Position numbers and translations under genes: made by a program. This document shows positions 12,300 through 24,798 of a stretch of DNA of 64,000 nt, one piece after another. The notes below the pieces were generated by a model. The model did no database searches, was not told the DNA's origin, and worked only from the letters and a program-made list of their open reading frames with translations. The stretch is from Mobula hypostoma (lineage: Eukaryota), in NCBI RefSeq assembly GCF_963921235.1, contig NC_086106.1, positions 20,212,001-20,276,000 of the forward strand. Direction: 5' to 3'. The number at the start of each line of letters is the position of its first letter. The first letter of the stretch is position 1.

Positions 12300-12965
12300 T
12301 GTTCCTACTCAACGTCTGCCTTCTGTGATTTGCACACTAGAACACCGAGAACCATCTGTATTATCCTCAATTTCTTTCTTTCCTGTTATTAATTCATCAT
12401 CTTCGTTCTCTAGAGGTCCGACACAAACAGTATTTCCTTCTTCATGCTTATATATCGATAGAAACTCTTATTGCTTGATTTGTTATTGCGTGGAAGTTTT
12501 CTCTGAAAAACAAATTCGACCCTTCTGTGACCATTTTAGTCTTTCTTTGCTTGATCCTAAAGGAATCCTAGTTCTTTGGCCTACAATCAGTCCTTGCTAT
12601 TTTGGATGCCCCATCCCTCAATTTTCACATGATCCTAGACCTAATTTATGAACCAGATTGTGCATCTTTCTCAGTGTATCACTCTTTCTTGTTGAGTGTT
12701 ATGGACTCATGTGTTGACCTTTTGACTCTCGTCATCAACCAAATCATCAACTTATGTTTCCACTCCATTTTCGACAACTCCACCACCACGCTATTATAAT
12801 TGCTTTTCTTGAAGCCGAAGACAGTGTGATTGGTCCCGTCATGCTTTCCCTCAAACTGAACTTGGATTATGGTCACTACTTCTGGGAGATATTTCACCGC
12901 AAGATCTCTTGAGGATTCTTCCCCACAGTTCATGATCAAATCTTACATTGCCTGTTCCTGGTAGG
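12300..12965 (-). mobile_element. Decayed CR1 LINE ORF2 fragment (region after the endonuclease)
   Basis: Minus-strand ORF 12679-12939 contains FGFKKSNYNSVVVELSKMEW, resembling the CR1 motif LNFKKA(N/D)F...ELAKVDW; boundaries approximate. Confidence 0.55.
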
Positions 12966-13302
12966 TTCTGTAGCATAGCGATCCCTGATGTAATTCACAA
13001 ATACCTTCTCTGCAATATCCTAGCCAATTCAGTTCTCCCAATAAACACGGAGATTAAAACATTCCACGACAACTGATGTTCACCCTATTTATTGGTAGTG
13101 GCGGAGTAATCTAATAGGCACCCAGAATCTGATCTTTCGATAGAACTTTCCGCAACTTTGCTTCGATCTGTCCCTCATATCGTTTTATTCTATCACAATT
13201 CAATTAAAATATATATTGCGTGTAATGCATTTCATTTCTTCATAAACGTTAATAATTTCCAATATTGTTAATTAGGCATTTATTACAGTGTGCATTACTT
13301 AC

Positions 13303-13359
13303 TTGGTGTCACGGTCAGTCTGGTACCAGACCCAAATGTTATTTCATAAGTACTAGACG
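13303..13359 (-). CDS. TRAJ: TCR alpha J segment, canonical
   Basis: SSTYEITFGSGTRLTVTP; RSS cacagca 13360-13366 / 12 / acaaaaact; donor GTAAGT. Confidence 0.94.
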
Positions 13360-14181
13360 CACAGCATCAGAAAACCACACAAAAACTCAGCACCGTGGCC
13401 AATGGAGAGATGAGTTTTATGGGATAAAGTGCTGAATGACTTTTACTGAAATATTCGTCTTTCTACAGAACCCCGTAACATCTATGCCGATTACACTTAA
13501 TGCAATTAGTATTCTATATGATATTGTAATACCTTAAAGGGGCCTGGGCCAAAGGTTCTATTAACACTTCTCATCTCCACAGATGCTGCCTGCCTGACCC
13601 GGTTTTCAGCATTTTAAATTTAGAATTCAGCTTTTCTTATTGAATATCTGTTTAACTAACAGTCCACCTATGCACTTGTTTATCTTCTCCTCTGTCCGTC
13701 TGTATGCTTGCTTGTAGCTATGCTTAACCTGTTTGACAGCCAGGTCATTTTCAGCAACAATGAAATATCAATTCCGAAAATGGGAAAATAACTCACTGAT
13801 ACGCATTTTCTGAAGAATGTACATTAATTAATATGCTCCCTTCTTTGATTTGGGATATGCAAAAACATCTCTTGTCATTTGCGTATTTGCTAAAATGTCC
13901 CATTTAGAACAAATAGTGAATGTTTTTCATTGAGTCAAGTGCTGTGAGATAGACTGGTTTTCTCTTCACCTACTTGGTCAAACAATTATTCATAAAATAT
14001 ACAACAGTACAACGCAGGAAAAGGCTAAAATGTTGTGTGGACCATCTAAAAAAACAAATCAAAAACATCCAAACACTAATCCCTCCTACCCGCACAATGT
14101 CAATATCTCCACTTCTTCCTTACATCCATGTGCCTATCTAAACGTCTCTTAAAACCGTATTTGCCACTATCACCATACCTG

Positions 14182-14206
14182 GCCCGGTTCCAAATATTAA
14201 CCCCAA
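14182..14206 (-). pseudogene. TRAJ: Probable remnant of a D-slot TRAJ (LIFGTG core only)
   Basis: ccggttccaaatattaaccc is identical to the core of the Js at 29416 and 31991; no RSS or donor; followed by the spacer and SINE remnant that follow D-slot Js in other cassettes. Confidence 0.45.
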
Positions 14207-14479
14207 AGTTTTTTTTCTTTGATCTAATTTTAGGAAACAACTTTAATCGCTTTCTGAGCTATTTAATTCCAGACCCAAAGCTGATTTGTACAGAATTCCT
14301 GCTCGACTTCACTTCCACAAAAAGACTACAACTCAATAGAAATAAGAATTATCTTGCGCTCCAAGCGAAATCACTGCCCACGTCTCTGTAGGATTTAATA
14401 TTCTCTATGTCAGAGTTCCACCTGTATCCATTATTTCCAGTAAAGTAAAATATGGGTGAAAATGAAAATTTTTATTCTT

Positions 14480-14735
14480 GCTGGTCCTCATTTTATCAGA
14501 CATCTCCTCCTCCCCGTCACATGGGGCTCCTCGGAATGCTGATTTAGTTCCGCATCCCATGGATGTGCGAATCAGCAAGATGATTAGCTGCTATAAGCTT
14601 CCCCCTGTGCAACTGGGGAGCAAAATATTTGGGAATATGTGAGGTTGCAAGGAAAATTATTCGGTGAATAGAATTGCTCTGTGAGCGGGCAGAAGCTCAG
14701 TGGGCCGATTGGCCTTCTATGTCTTATGAAAGTAC
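14480..14735 (+). mobile_element. Decayed SINE, shared cassette marker
   Basis: Homologous remnants lie about 450 bp above D-slot Js at roughly 15545, 19440, 23800, 29895 and 34160. Confidence 0.55.
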
Positions 14736-15126
14736 ACTTCTATTAATTAGCTTTCGAACTTTCACATCTTCGTTAACAGACCAATCAATTCAAATCAATG
14801 ACAGAAAAATAACACACCCAACGTGCCAGGCAGCATCTGTGGAGAGAGGAACTGCGCATATTTCAGGTCTGAGACCCTTTGTCAGAAGTGTGAAAGACAG
14901 TGGACAAGTTGTTCTTAATTTTCAGTGTGGGTGTGAGAGGGATATATCGGGCAACTGGAAGATGATGCTAGCTGTCTAACGCTTGGGTACTTCCACCTTT
15001 TTCCGCCACGGGAAATAACATCCCATAGACTCTTTTCCTATTTGCTTAAACCTAGCATTTAGAATAAATTACACACGTTCGACTTTAATTACGAAGTAAG
15101 ACAAAAATGGCTTTCTTGAAACTTAC

Positions 15127-15189
15127 TCGGTACAATAATCACTCGAGTCCCAGCTCCAAATATTATCTGTTGGCTGCCTCCAAAATTCA
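15127..15189 (-). CDS. TRAJ: TCR alpha J segment, canonical (cassette slot D)
   Basis: NFGGSQQIIFGAGTRVIIVP; RSS cacagtg 15190-15196 / 12 / acaaataca; donor GTAAGT. Confidence 0.94.
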
Positions 15190-16464
15190 CACAGTGCCTG
15201 CCCCCCTTACAAATACACCTACTGGCCTTAAGAATCTCCACTAGCCCTTTCCCAAATAACAATGCAGTGATCGCAATACCCACTAAACCTAAGATACGTG
15301 TTGGTCATCTGGTCTTTATTTTTATAAATAGTTTTAAAATATTTTTAATAACCATCTCTTTCTGTGGACACCACCTCCAAAGCTGCCCCACTCTGCTGCT
15401 GAGTTCCTTTCAAACCGAACATCCACAAAACAACCCAGAATGAAAAAAGATTTACTTGCGCAATCATGTTGTAGTTGTATTTGTTATTATTTCTCCTAAG
15501 ACTTCTATGGAGCTTCGATTTTCAACATTTTGGTTTTGTTCTTCCTCATTTTTTAGTTGTTTGCTCGCCCCAACACCTCCGTAATGTGTTTCTCCCAGAG
15601 TGTTTTGGTTTTCTCCCAGATCCCAAAGATGTGCATTACGGTTAGGTGACTGGTATACACTGCTTCCTGCCGAATTACTGGAGAGTGGGGAGAAGTGGTT
15701 ACAGGGAACATTTGAGAGCAAATGCAAATGGCCTCCCCTTAAGTCGTATGGAAAGAAATTCCTTTTGCCCATTCTCTACATCCTTATTGGCCCTCTAATA
15801 ACTTTCATCCAAAAATGGAGAATAGCGGAAAACAAAACTCAGCGGGTCAGGCAACATCTCTGGAGAGAGAACTAGCGAACATTTCAAGTCGGAGACCCCC
15901 TGTTAGAACAGAGAAAGGGAGAAGGCAGGATGGGTTTCCGTTTTAGGGATGGATTGGACAAGAGGATGATGATGTTAGCTGCCTGATTTCTGAATGACTG
16001 CAGTGTTTTCTGATTCTTTCTCCAATCTCACGCTTTCAGAGATATTCCCAGTGATTACACCATTCGTCCCTTATCAATTTTGCAACGTTAACCTGCTTTC
16101 TTTTTTTTCATCCTCCCTGACTGAACCACAATACACTCAATTCCATAAATACGTAAGGATCATATTCCAAAGGGGGCAATATTTATCGCCTATAAATCAA
16201 TCTGTATGTAAGGAGGCTTTCTCTGAATTTTCTACTAGATTAACAAACTATTTAGATATTTTGATATGTACTATCATATTGATATGGTGAACATCTCTTT
16301 AACTTTATGCATTTTTCTATCTTATCAAACCCTTGTACAGAGGTCACACACTGGACACACCTTTTCCTCTCAATCATGCATAATCTTTGCAATTTTATTT
16401 GAATGCCAAGCCTCTGATATTTATCACCAAAGCAACATTTTTTAACACCGAGAGTCGAACTTAC

Positions 16465-16521
16465 TAGGTTCCACGTTCAGCTTGGTTCCAGATCCAAATG
16501 TTATGATATTGAAGGAATCCA
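16465..16521 (-). CDS. TRAJ: TCR alpha J segment, canonical (slot A)
   Basis: DSFNIITFGSGTKLNVEP; RSS cacagta 16522-16528 / 12 / acagaaaca; donor GTAAGT. Confidence 0.93.
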
Positions 16522-16659
16522 CACAGTACTACACACCAGTACAGAAACATGCTTCTGGTCTCAGATTCTACATACGCCACAGAGTCTTACATTCACAAAG
16601 CACAATTACAGACCCTGCCGCCAGTATTGCATGCTGCCCATCAGATAAATATAAGACAA

Positions 16660-17230
16660 TAATACACAGGAACAGAATTAGGCTATTCGGCTCGTTGATC
16701 TTCCGCTATTTCATCATGACTGATTTATTATCCCTGTCAATCCGCTTCTCCCCGTGACCTTTGAAGCCCTTACTAATCAACACCTATCAACTTTATCTTT
16801 AAATATGTCCATGGACTTGGCCTCCACAACCACCTGTGGCAATGAGTTCCACAGATTCACCACCCTCTGGCTGAAGAAATTCCTCCTCATCTCTGTTCTA
16901 AAGGGAAGCCCTCTTATTCCTAGGCTGTGCCCTCTGGTCCTAGATTCCCCATTATAGGAAATATCCTCTGCGTATCCCTTCCATCTAGGCCATTATATAT
17001 TATGCATGTTTCAATGAGACCACCTTCCGCCGTTCCTCAGAACTCCAGCGAATACAGGCCCAGCGCCATCAAACGCTCCTCATGCGTTAAAGCTCTCATT
17101 CCTGGGATCATTCTCGTGAACCTCTTCTAGACCTCTCCAATGCCAACATATTCTTTCTTAGATAAGGGGGACCAGAACTGCTCACAATATTGCAAGCAAG
17201 GTCTGATCAATACCTTAATAAGCCTTAGCA
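16660..17230 (-). mobile_element. 5'-truncated CR1 LINE, 3' end
   Basis: Minus strand reads YCEQFWSPYLRKNMLALER..., the CR1 ORF2 C-terminal region, followed by a 3' UTR; low decay. Confidence 0.85.
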
Positions 17231-17953
17231 TAAGGTATTATGCTTATCATAAGGTATTAAGCCTTATTACAACCTTCCACTCCTATTATCCTACACTTGA
17301 TCCATAGCCTTCTATGGACTAGTGATTCAAGAGCCTGTCCACATACTTGTTAGTTTTGTAACTGCCTCCACCAAGTTCTGAGACAGACTGCAATCCCTTC
17401 CTGAGTGAGAGAGTTGGCTGGTAATAGTTGTCTCCTGTGTGTGGCTGAACGGCAGATTCTGGGGAGATGTGAGAGGAGTATTTGGAGCATGGATGGGATT
17501 TTGTGAGGTAAGTGAAACTGGGTAGTTGATGATCTACACAGGTTTATGGACGAAAGGTCTGTTTCCTTGCTATATGGCTGTCACTCATTGGGCATTGGCG
17601 ACTCAAGTCCTTAATTGCGCGAGAGTCCCTGTCACTACCACTTCTTCAGCAGTGCCTTCCAGATTACTACATACACTGCATAAATAGAATTTCTTCTTTG
17701 TATCCCATTTAAACATTTACTGGTTACTCTAAGTCTATGCCCAAGTTATCATTATGAATTATGATTCACAGAATTCACCTAAGATTTTATTTGATGAATG
17801 AAATTAGTGTGGATTCAGTTGCTTCCATGGTTTTGGAGCACCGAATCATGTTATGAGAAAGCATAGATGACGTCCATTACCAACAGCATATCATTTGATC
17901 TGAATACCGAATGTGATTAGAATCTAATAATGAATACCGTATTGATAACTTAC

Positions 17954-18016
17954 CAGGTTTAACAATAAGCCTTGTGCCGCTTCCAAACACTAACTTGTCG
18001 ACCCCCCCGGAATTCA
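17954..18016 (-). CDS. TRAJ: TCR alpha J segment, canonical (slot B)
   Basis: NSGGVDKLVFGSGTRLIVKP; RSS cacagta 18017-18023 / 12 / acaagaatt; donor GTAAGT. Confidence 0.93.
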
Positions 18017-18311
18017 CACAGTAAATGAGCCCCTGACAAGAATTCATTTCAGTGGCTCCCCCCTTGTGTGCTATTGGCACCACACATTTATTTCAAACCT
18101 TAAAATATCTTCTTCATCTATTTGGTCATTTTCGTTGCCTCGTTGAGGGAATAATTGGTTTCATATTTGGAGTAATATTTATTAAAAGTATAATGCTTAC
18201 TAGGACCCTCAATTTATCAAATAACTCCTCAAAATACAACCACGGATTTCGAACTTTTGATACACTCTTGCACTAACTCAAGGGAAACGAAGTGAGATAC
18301 TCAGCACTCAC

Positions 18312-18371
18312 TGGGCTCTGCAATCACCCTGTTGTCTCTTCCACAGATTAGCTGGTTGCTTGCATAATTCA
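18312..18371 (-). pseudogene. TRAJ: TRAJ pseudogene (slot C; CGRD motif, RSS destroyed)
   Basis: NYASNQLICGRDNRVIAEP; heptamer gacaatg 18372-18378 with shortened spacer; donor GTGAGT; flanks homologous to 20661 and 26547. Confidence 0.78.
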
Positions 18372-18975
18372 GACAATGCTGACCACTTAGAAAATAAAAC
18401 TTTGACAATCGAAGATTGGCTGATTGAAGCAATAATGTAGATTACTCCCCGTTTTTGATACTTATATATTCAAAGCATAAGGAATTATGCAGATGCTAGA
18501 AATCCATAGCAATATACACAAGATGGTGGAAGAACTGAGCAGATCAGGCAGCATCCATGGAAGTGGATGTTTTGTGCCGAGACCCATCTTCATGACTGGA
18601 GCAATACATACTGTGCATGTATTGAGCTGTTGTCAGCTGCTGTCCCTCACTTTCTCCACATCACGTTCTCTCTCTTTCTATCTGTCTCTCTAATTTTTAT
18701 CTCTGCCTGTTAACCTGTCCAAACTCTCCAGCCACCCATAGCTTCCTTTAACAGGGGTGATAACCAGTTAATTGCGAGTACAATGTTGGAACAATCCTGA
18801 AAACGGGGAATTGGTTGGTTGTCCCGATTGTGCCGAAAACCGTGTTCTAAATTAAGATACAGCGGCCACATCTCACGGCATTGCCATATTTGCTGTAAGG
18901 CTGCAATTCGAATAAATGACAGTTATATTTAATTTCAATAGGAGTTGTAAGTATGATTGCTTTCTTAACACTTAC

Positions 18976-19038
18976 TTGGTACAACAATTACTCTAGTCCC
19001 CGTTCCAAATATTAACTTCACGCTGCTAGCAGAATTCA
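18976..19038 (-). CDS. TRAJ: TCR alpha J segment, canonical (slot D)
   Basis: NSASSVKLIFGTGTRVIVVP; RSS cacagta 19039-19045 / 12 / acaaataca; donor GTAAGT. Confidence 0.94.
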
Positions 19039-20039
19039 CACAGTACCTGACCCCCTTACAAATACATCTATTGGCTTTAACCATGTCCCAATGCCTTCTT
19101 CTAAGAAAATGAAATATAGCGACAGCAACGCCCATTAAACCTCAGATTTTTCTCGTCAATCTCTTCGCCTTTGGTAAATAATGTTTAATTATTTTCCAGC
19201 TATTTAATTCCTTTGAATCTGTGCAATCATGCTGCATAAATGTATTGAATTCCAGAAAATAATGCAACATAATTAAAAGTAAGCAAGATTTATCTGGGCT
19301 CTGGAAACAAAATAACTGCCACTGTTTGCACGTGATTTTCTGTCGTTTCAGAGTTCTCTGTGTATCTTTGATTCCCAGTAAAAAGTTTATAGGTGAAAAA
19401 TTGAGTAACCTCTTCGCTGTTCACTCTCATTTGTTCAGAGATTCCCTCTCCCCCTACGGTGCACTTTCTCCAATCTGAGAAAGAGGGAAGACTAGTTAGC
19501 TTTAAGTTTTAGAGAGGGTCACGTAGTATGGATTGGACAACTGGAGGATGATGTCATTGTCTGAATTCCGTGGGTTTCTGCATTGTTTCTGATCTCACAT
19601 TCTCAGAGATATTCTCAACGACCCCACCATCCCTTCCTTATCCTCATCTGAAATTTTAACTGGTTTTCTCAGATTCCTCCTTCCAAAACTGATCTCATTC
19701 CTTCAATTCTTTTAACACCCAACAACCACATTCAAAGTGATAGGGAAAGCACCTATAAGAGAGCATTTTTATATCAATATTTTCCAATGAATTAATAAGC
19801 CGTTGAGTTATTTGTGTTTTTTTAATACATTATCTAAATGTTGAAAACCTCTTTAAGTTTAGGTTGTTTTGGTATCCCATCAATCCTTGCACTGTAGTCA
19901 ACTACAAAGACACACCCATCCACTCAATCATTCCTAATCTCAACAATTCGCTTTAAATGTGTAGAACATGATATACATTAACAAAATAAAATTTGAAGTC
20001 TTCAGAATTTCGACGCATCACATGATGAATTGGCCTTAA

Positions 20040-20068
20040 TGGGTTCCACCCTCAGTTTGGTTCCAGAT
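20040..20068 (-). pseudogene. TRAJ: TRAJ remnant (slot A; 3' half only)
   Basis: SGTKLRVEP followed by donor TTAAGG; FG and RSS lost. Confidence 0.62.
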
Positions 20069-20297
20069 TAGAAGCTATAGTTGCGAATTATCAATCATAT
20101 ACGTTCAAATATTCATCTTGCATTTTACCTGATGAATCAATTCAGTGCAGCCTGAGTTATCTTCACGTATTACTGATACCTAAGTAGTTTATGACAAAAT
20201 ATAGCTGACATCTATTGGTGTCTATTTCCCAGTTCATGTCAGGTTGCTCAAGTTACAGAATGGGATTGGAATCTAATTTTGAATATTGATAACTTAC

Positions 20298-20360
20298 TAA
20301 GTTTAACAATAAGCCTGGTGTCGCTTCCAAACTCTAATTTGCTGAAGGGTACAGAGACCA
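20298..20360 (-). other. TRAJ: TRAJ open reading frame with atypical FGSD motif (slot B)
   Basis: VSVPFSKLEFGSDTRLIVKL; RSS cacagta 20361-20367 / 12 / gcaagaaca; donor GTAAGT. Confidence 0.85.
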
Positions 20361-20660
20361 CACAGTAAATGGCTCTTTCGCAAGAACACATTTCAATTGC
20401 TGCTCCCTGTGCACTATCGGCATGACATATTTAATTTCAGCAATAAAATAGCTTCATCATCTGCTTCGTAATTTTGTTTGACAGTTTAGGATAACAGCTG
20501 CTTTTCCGATTTGAGGCACTGATCATTCAATGGAAAATGTTATTGGGACCCACAATTTATCAACACTTGATGAAATTATGAGTAGAAGTTTCCAATTGTT
20601 AACGCACTCTTGTACTAACTGATGAAAATTACCAAAGTAGAACATAGATTCAGCACTTAC

Positions 20661-20720
20661 TGGGTTGCACAGTCACTCTGGTTCCACTTCCAAATATTAG
20701 TTTTGTGCCCCCAGCATTCA
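20661..20720 (-). CDS. TRAJ: TCR alpha J segment, canonical (slot C)
   Basis: NAGGTKLIFGSGTRVTVQP; RSS cacagtg 20721-20727 / 12 / acaaaattc; donor GTAAGT. Confidence 0.94.
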
Positions 20721-21191
20721 CACAGTGTTCAACCCTCTTACAAAATTCTCCCCGCCTATTCAATGTTGGCAGACTGTGTGAAACAATATTGTAGATGGAT
20801 ACTCAGTGTATCATATTTATTATATATATATTGTCTTCTATTCTTCCGTCTGCGCACCTCCCTCTCTGTTCCTCGCTCTTATCTCCCCGCTCTTCCTCTC
20901 TCCCTCTCTCCAGCTCCATCTAAACGTATTAGTGTCTCCTCGTCTGTCTGCAGTTTTATTTAACTTGCAAAGCTGGAGCAAAAACTCTGAAAATGCGAAA
21001 ATAATTTTATGATAGAATGTATTAAGTAACATACTCTTTCTTGATGTGGGCCATTAAGAAACATAGTATATTATCTAACAGGAGATGAGGTTACATTTAC
21101 ATTTTTTCTGAAGTCTTGTTTTTAGAATTTATAAGATGGTTTGGGATTTTAATCAAGAATTCTAGGGAAGAATGGGTTTTTTGAAACTTAC

Positions 21192-21254
21192 TTGGTTCGA
21201 CAATTACTCGAGTTCCGGTTCCAAATATTAACTCCCAGCTCCCTCCAGAATTCA
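21192..21254 (-). CDS. TRAJ: TCR alpha J segment, canonical (slot D)
   Basis: NSGGSWELIFGTGTRVIVEP; RSS cacggtg 21255-21261 / 12 / acaaataca; donor GTAAGT. Confidence 0.94.
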
Positions 21255-22630
21255 CACGGTGCTTGCCCCCTTTACAAATACACTTTCTAGTCTTAACAAT
21301 ATCCCCGTGGTTTTCTTCCAAATAATGCAATTCAGCGACCTCAATGACCCTGAAATTTCATTTTTTCGTCAATCTGGCCTTAGTTTATGAAGCAATTACA
21401 ATAATTTTCACACCATTCAAATTCACTTCATTGCAGCCCAAGTTCCTACTCATAAAGTCAGTAAGTTCCTGTTCAACTTAGTCTTCACACACAGATATAT
21501 CATAATAAGAATACATGGTCCCATACATGATTTAACTATGGGACCTAAAGGAAATAATTTTATTAGCTTGTGTGTGATTTTATTCATCTTCAGTGTTCCC
21601 TCTGTATTTTTTTAAAATCCCGGTAACAGGTGTTTAGGTCACACAATAAAAATATATGGTCCCGTGATTTATCTATGGGCCCCAAAGGAAATTAATGTGT
21701 AAGATTGTGTGCGATTTTATTTTCCCTCGGAGTGCCATCTGCATGATTAATTTCTATAAGCAGGTGACTAGGGTGAAAGATATTGCTGTAACTTCTCTTG
21801 AGTATGCTCGGGTAGTTCCCCCTTACTGTCCTATGGGTTTGATCGGGTTATCTCCAGTATCTCCAACATCCCACAGATCTGCAGGTCGGTAGATTAATTG
21901 ACAGGTGTCAACTGCGCCGAATGATAATGGAAGGCAGAAGTGTTTGAAATTCTCGGAATAGAAGTCACAAGGAAAATCTGTGGAGGAATTTGATTGCTTT
22001 GTGAACGGCAGAGGTTCTTGTGCTGACTAGACTTCTTGAATGTCGTTTTGAAATAAATCCCCTTTGCCCTCTTTCTAGAAGGTTTACTTTCTTATTGACC
22101 TGATCAACACTTTAATTCAAAAACAGTGAACTGGGAAGCAAAAAGGCAAGCTGGGGTTAACTTCTGAGTGTTCCAAGCATTTTCTGATTTTTTTTTTGTC
22201 CCCAAATTCATCTTGTCGGAGATATTCCCTCTGACCCCTTTATCCCTCCACAGCCACTCTGCGACTTTAACTTGTTTTCTCTTTTCACTTAACCACACAA
22301 GAAGAATTACCCTTAAGTCAATAAATGCTGAAGAATCATATTTAAAGTGACAGTGGACATCTCCTATAAATCATTCTGTCGGTACAGAAGCTTCCTGTTA
22401 ATTGAATTGGTTATTTATTATGTATTTTCATAGCACCACGTTTTGAATCTTCTTTTTAGCTTGCGTATTTATATCCATTTTATCAATACCTAGCATAGAA
22501 GTCACCCACTCCGACAAACCTCATCTTCTGATCATTACAAGTTACTTTTATGGCACCGATCTGACGCTGATCATCAAATTTCATTGTGAATTCCTGGCAT
22601 GTGAGACATTGCATAATATACCAGACTTAC

Positions 22631-22687
22631 TGGGTTTCACCTTCAGTTTGGTTCCAGATCCAAATGTCAGTACATTCATGTTATTCA
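22631..22687 (-). CDS. TRAJ: TCR alpha J segment, canonical (slot A)
   Basis: NNMNVLTFGSGTKLKVKP; RSS cacagca 22688-22694 / 12 / acagaaacc; donor GTAAGT. Confidence 0.93.
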
Positions 22688-22970
22688 CACAGCACCACAG
22701 ACTTGTACAGAAACCCCTCACCTAGTCCCAACTTCAATATTCATTCTATCTAGAACAAAACAGATCATTCAGCCATATGAATCCATACTTATTTAAGTCC
22801 CCTTCCATTGCATCTGATGAATTAGTGTTGGAAGAATTATTTTCACGTGTTATGGCACTTATGAATTTAATGGTAAGATATCACTGAAATCTACCGTGAT
22901 CCTTTACATATCCCATAATATATTGACAAGGATATAGAATTTCTTTAAACATCGATTTTGAATATTAACA

Positions 22971-23033
22971 CCTGAACAAGATAAAGAATTCTGGTGTCAC
23001 TTCCAGCATTAATTTGCAGAGCTCACCAGAATG
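22971..23033 (-). pseudogene. TRAJ: Heavily decayed TRAJ (slot B)
   Basis: ctggtgtcacttccagcattaatttgc aligns with ctggtgtcgcttccaaactctaatttgc of the J at 20298, and the flanks align too; heptamer reduced to aacagag; no donor. Confidence 0.55.
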
Positions 23034-23283
23034 AACAGAGCAACCACTTCTCCCTCTCAAGAGCTCAATTTAGTGGCTGCTCAATGTGCATTGTTGTCTT
23101 TGGATATTTCACTTCGAAGATTAAAGATTGACAATTTAGCAAAATGGATTATATTAGATTTTGGAGCATTATTCATCCGAAGTCCGATCGATACTGGGGT
23201 CCATAATTTATCAGGCACCTCTATAAAGTACATGCATGACTCTATACAAGAGAAAATCTCACTTAAATCAATCATTTAAAATA

Positions 23284-23300
23284 AATAATAATAATAATAA
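23284..23300. repeat. (AAT)n microsatellite
   Basis: Direct reading. Confidence 0.8.
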
Positions 23301-23349
23301 AATGATTTAACCAGCAGTTCGAGGAGAAAATGCATTTCGCAGCACTTAC

Positions 23350-23412
23350 TTGGTTGGACAATTATTTGAGTCCCAGTTCCAAAGAGTAACCCCGTGCTGG
23401 CTGTATTATTAG
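23350..23412 (-). CDS. TRAJ: TCR alpha J segment, canonical (slot D)
   Basis: NNTASTGLLFGTGTQIIVQP; RSS cacggtg 23413-23419 / 12 / acaaataca; donor GTAAGT. Confidence 0.93.
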
Positions 23413-23799
23413 CACGGTGCCTAACCCCTTTACAAATACACTAAATGGTCCCCACTATGTCCACGCTACCTTATTTCAAATAATGCGACTTATTGGCCGA
23501 AATGTCCATTATATCGAAGTTATTTTTCTTTATTCTAGCTTCATTTTAGTAAATAGCTTTAAATAATTTTACAATCTTCTAAATCCTATTGCTGAACCCC
23601 AGATCTGCCCCATGCAGTCAACTAAGTCCTGTTGAACTTGGATTGAATCAAGGAATCAAGCATTATTGCAACCGTGTTTCACTACCAAAAATGTTTGGCT
23701 AGGTTTCTGTACGATTTAACTTCGCTTGACAGATGCCTCTGTATGTTTGATTCCCAGTTAAAGATGCTTGGAAGAAAAAAAATCGCATTTTTGACTCCC

Positions 23800-24045
23800 T
23801 CATTTGCTCTGTGATTTCCCCCTCTCTGCAGTGTAAGTTTCAACTAGGCTCTCCGGATTTCTCCCACATCCGAAAGGTGTGCGCCAGATACATTAGCTGG
23901 CTGCTCTAAACTGCTTACGGAGATGATGTGAGGTAGAATTTTTGGAAATGTGCGAAAGGAGTTGCAGGGGAAATTACTGGGTGAATAGGATTGCTCTCTG
24001 AACAGTAGAGACTCGGTAAACCGAATAGTCGCTTTCTCTGTCGTA
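23800..24045 (+). mobile_element. Decayed SINE (cassette marker)
   Basis: ctaggctctccggatttctcccacatccgaaaggtgtgc matches the SINE body ...gctccggtttcctcccacatcccaaagacgtg. Confidence 0.6.
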
Positions 24046-24741
24046 GGCTAATAAATTCATTTTGAACCATCCCAAAAAATGTCACATCCTTATTGATCCA
24101 CTAATTAATTCCACTCAGAAACATTGAATGCTGGAAGTACTAAGCAGGCCATGCAGCATCTGTAGGGAGAAGAACAAGTGGAATCGTTTCAGGTGGAAAA
24201 ACCTTCGTCAGAACAGGCAGAGAGAAGACAGGATGGTTCTGAGTTTGTGGAAGGGTTGAGGAGGGATATGTTAGACAATGGGAAGATTGTGCCATCCGAT
24301 TGATGTCTGAATGTTTGTAACATCTTATGATTTTGAATCTGATTTTAACTGACCTTACTCTGACCTGGTCTGTCAGAGTTATTCCCAGTGCCTCCTCTAT
24401 AGTCTCTGTCTGCACCTTAATTTATTTTCTCTCTTTCCTCTTTCCTGTACTGGCCTTCTTACCACATCAACTCAACAAATGCCCAAGGATCATATTCACC
24501 GCAGCAGTGCATACTTCCCAGAAATTAGTTAATCGGAAGGGAAATTTTCATTAATAAATCCTTCATTGGATTAGCAAGATATTGAGCTACTGGGCTACGT
24601 ATTAGAAGAAGAAGAAGCCACATGCCCTAGTCACTTCTAATCTTTATAAAGTGCTCTCTATGAATACAACATAATGTCTGTTAATAAAACCGCTTTTTGC
24701 ACTCTGGAATGTAGGCATGTTACATCATAAGTTGGACTTAC

Positions 24742-24798
24742 TGGGTTCCACCATTAGTCTGGTTCCAGATCCAAATGTTAGCTCATTGTAGCTATTCA
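24742..24798 (-). CDS. TRAJ: TCR alpha J segment, canonical frame, weak heptamer (slot A)
   Basis: NSYNELTFGSGTRLMVEP; RSS cacatca 24799-24805 / 12 / acataaacc; donor GTAAGT. Confidence 0.9.

Noticed and set aside
14246-14297. Minus-strand NSVQISFGSGIK* resembling a pseudo-J
   Set aside because: No heptamer or donor, and the segment aligns with ordinary spacer DNA of other cassettes (agctatttaattcc also near 19198), so the FGSG is probably chance.
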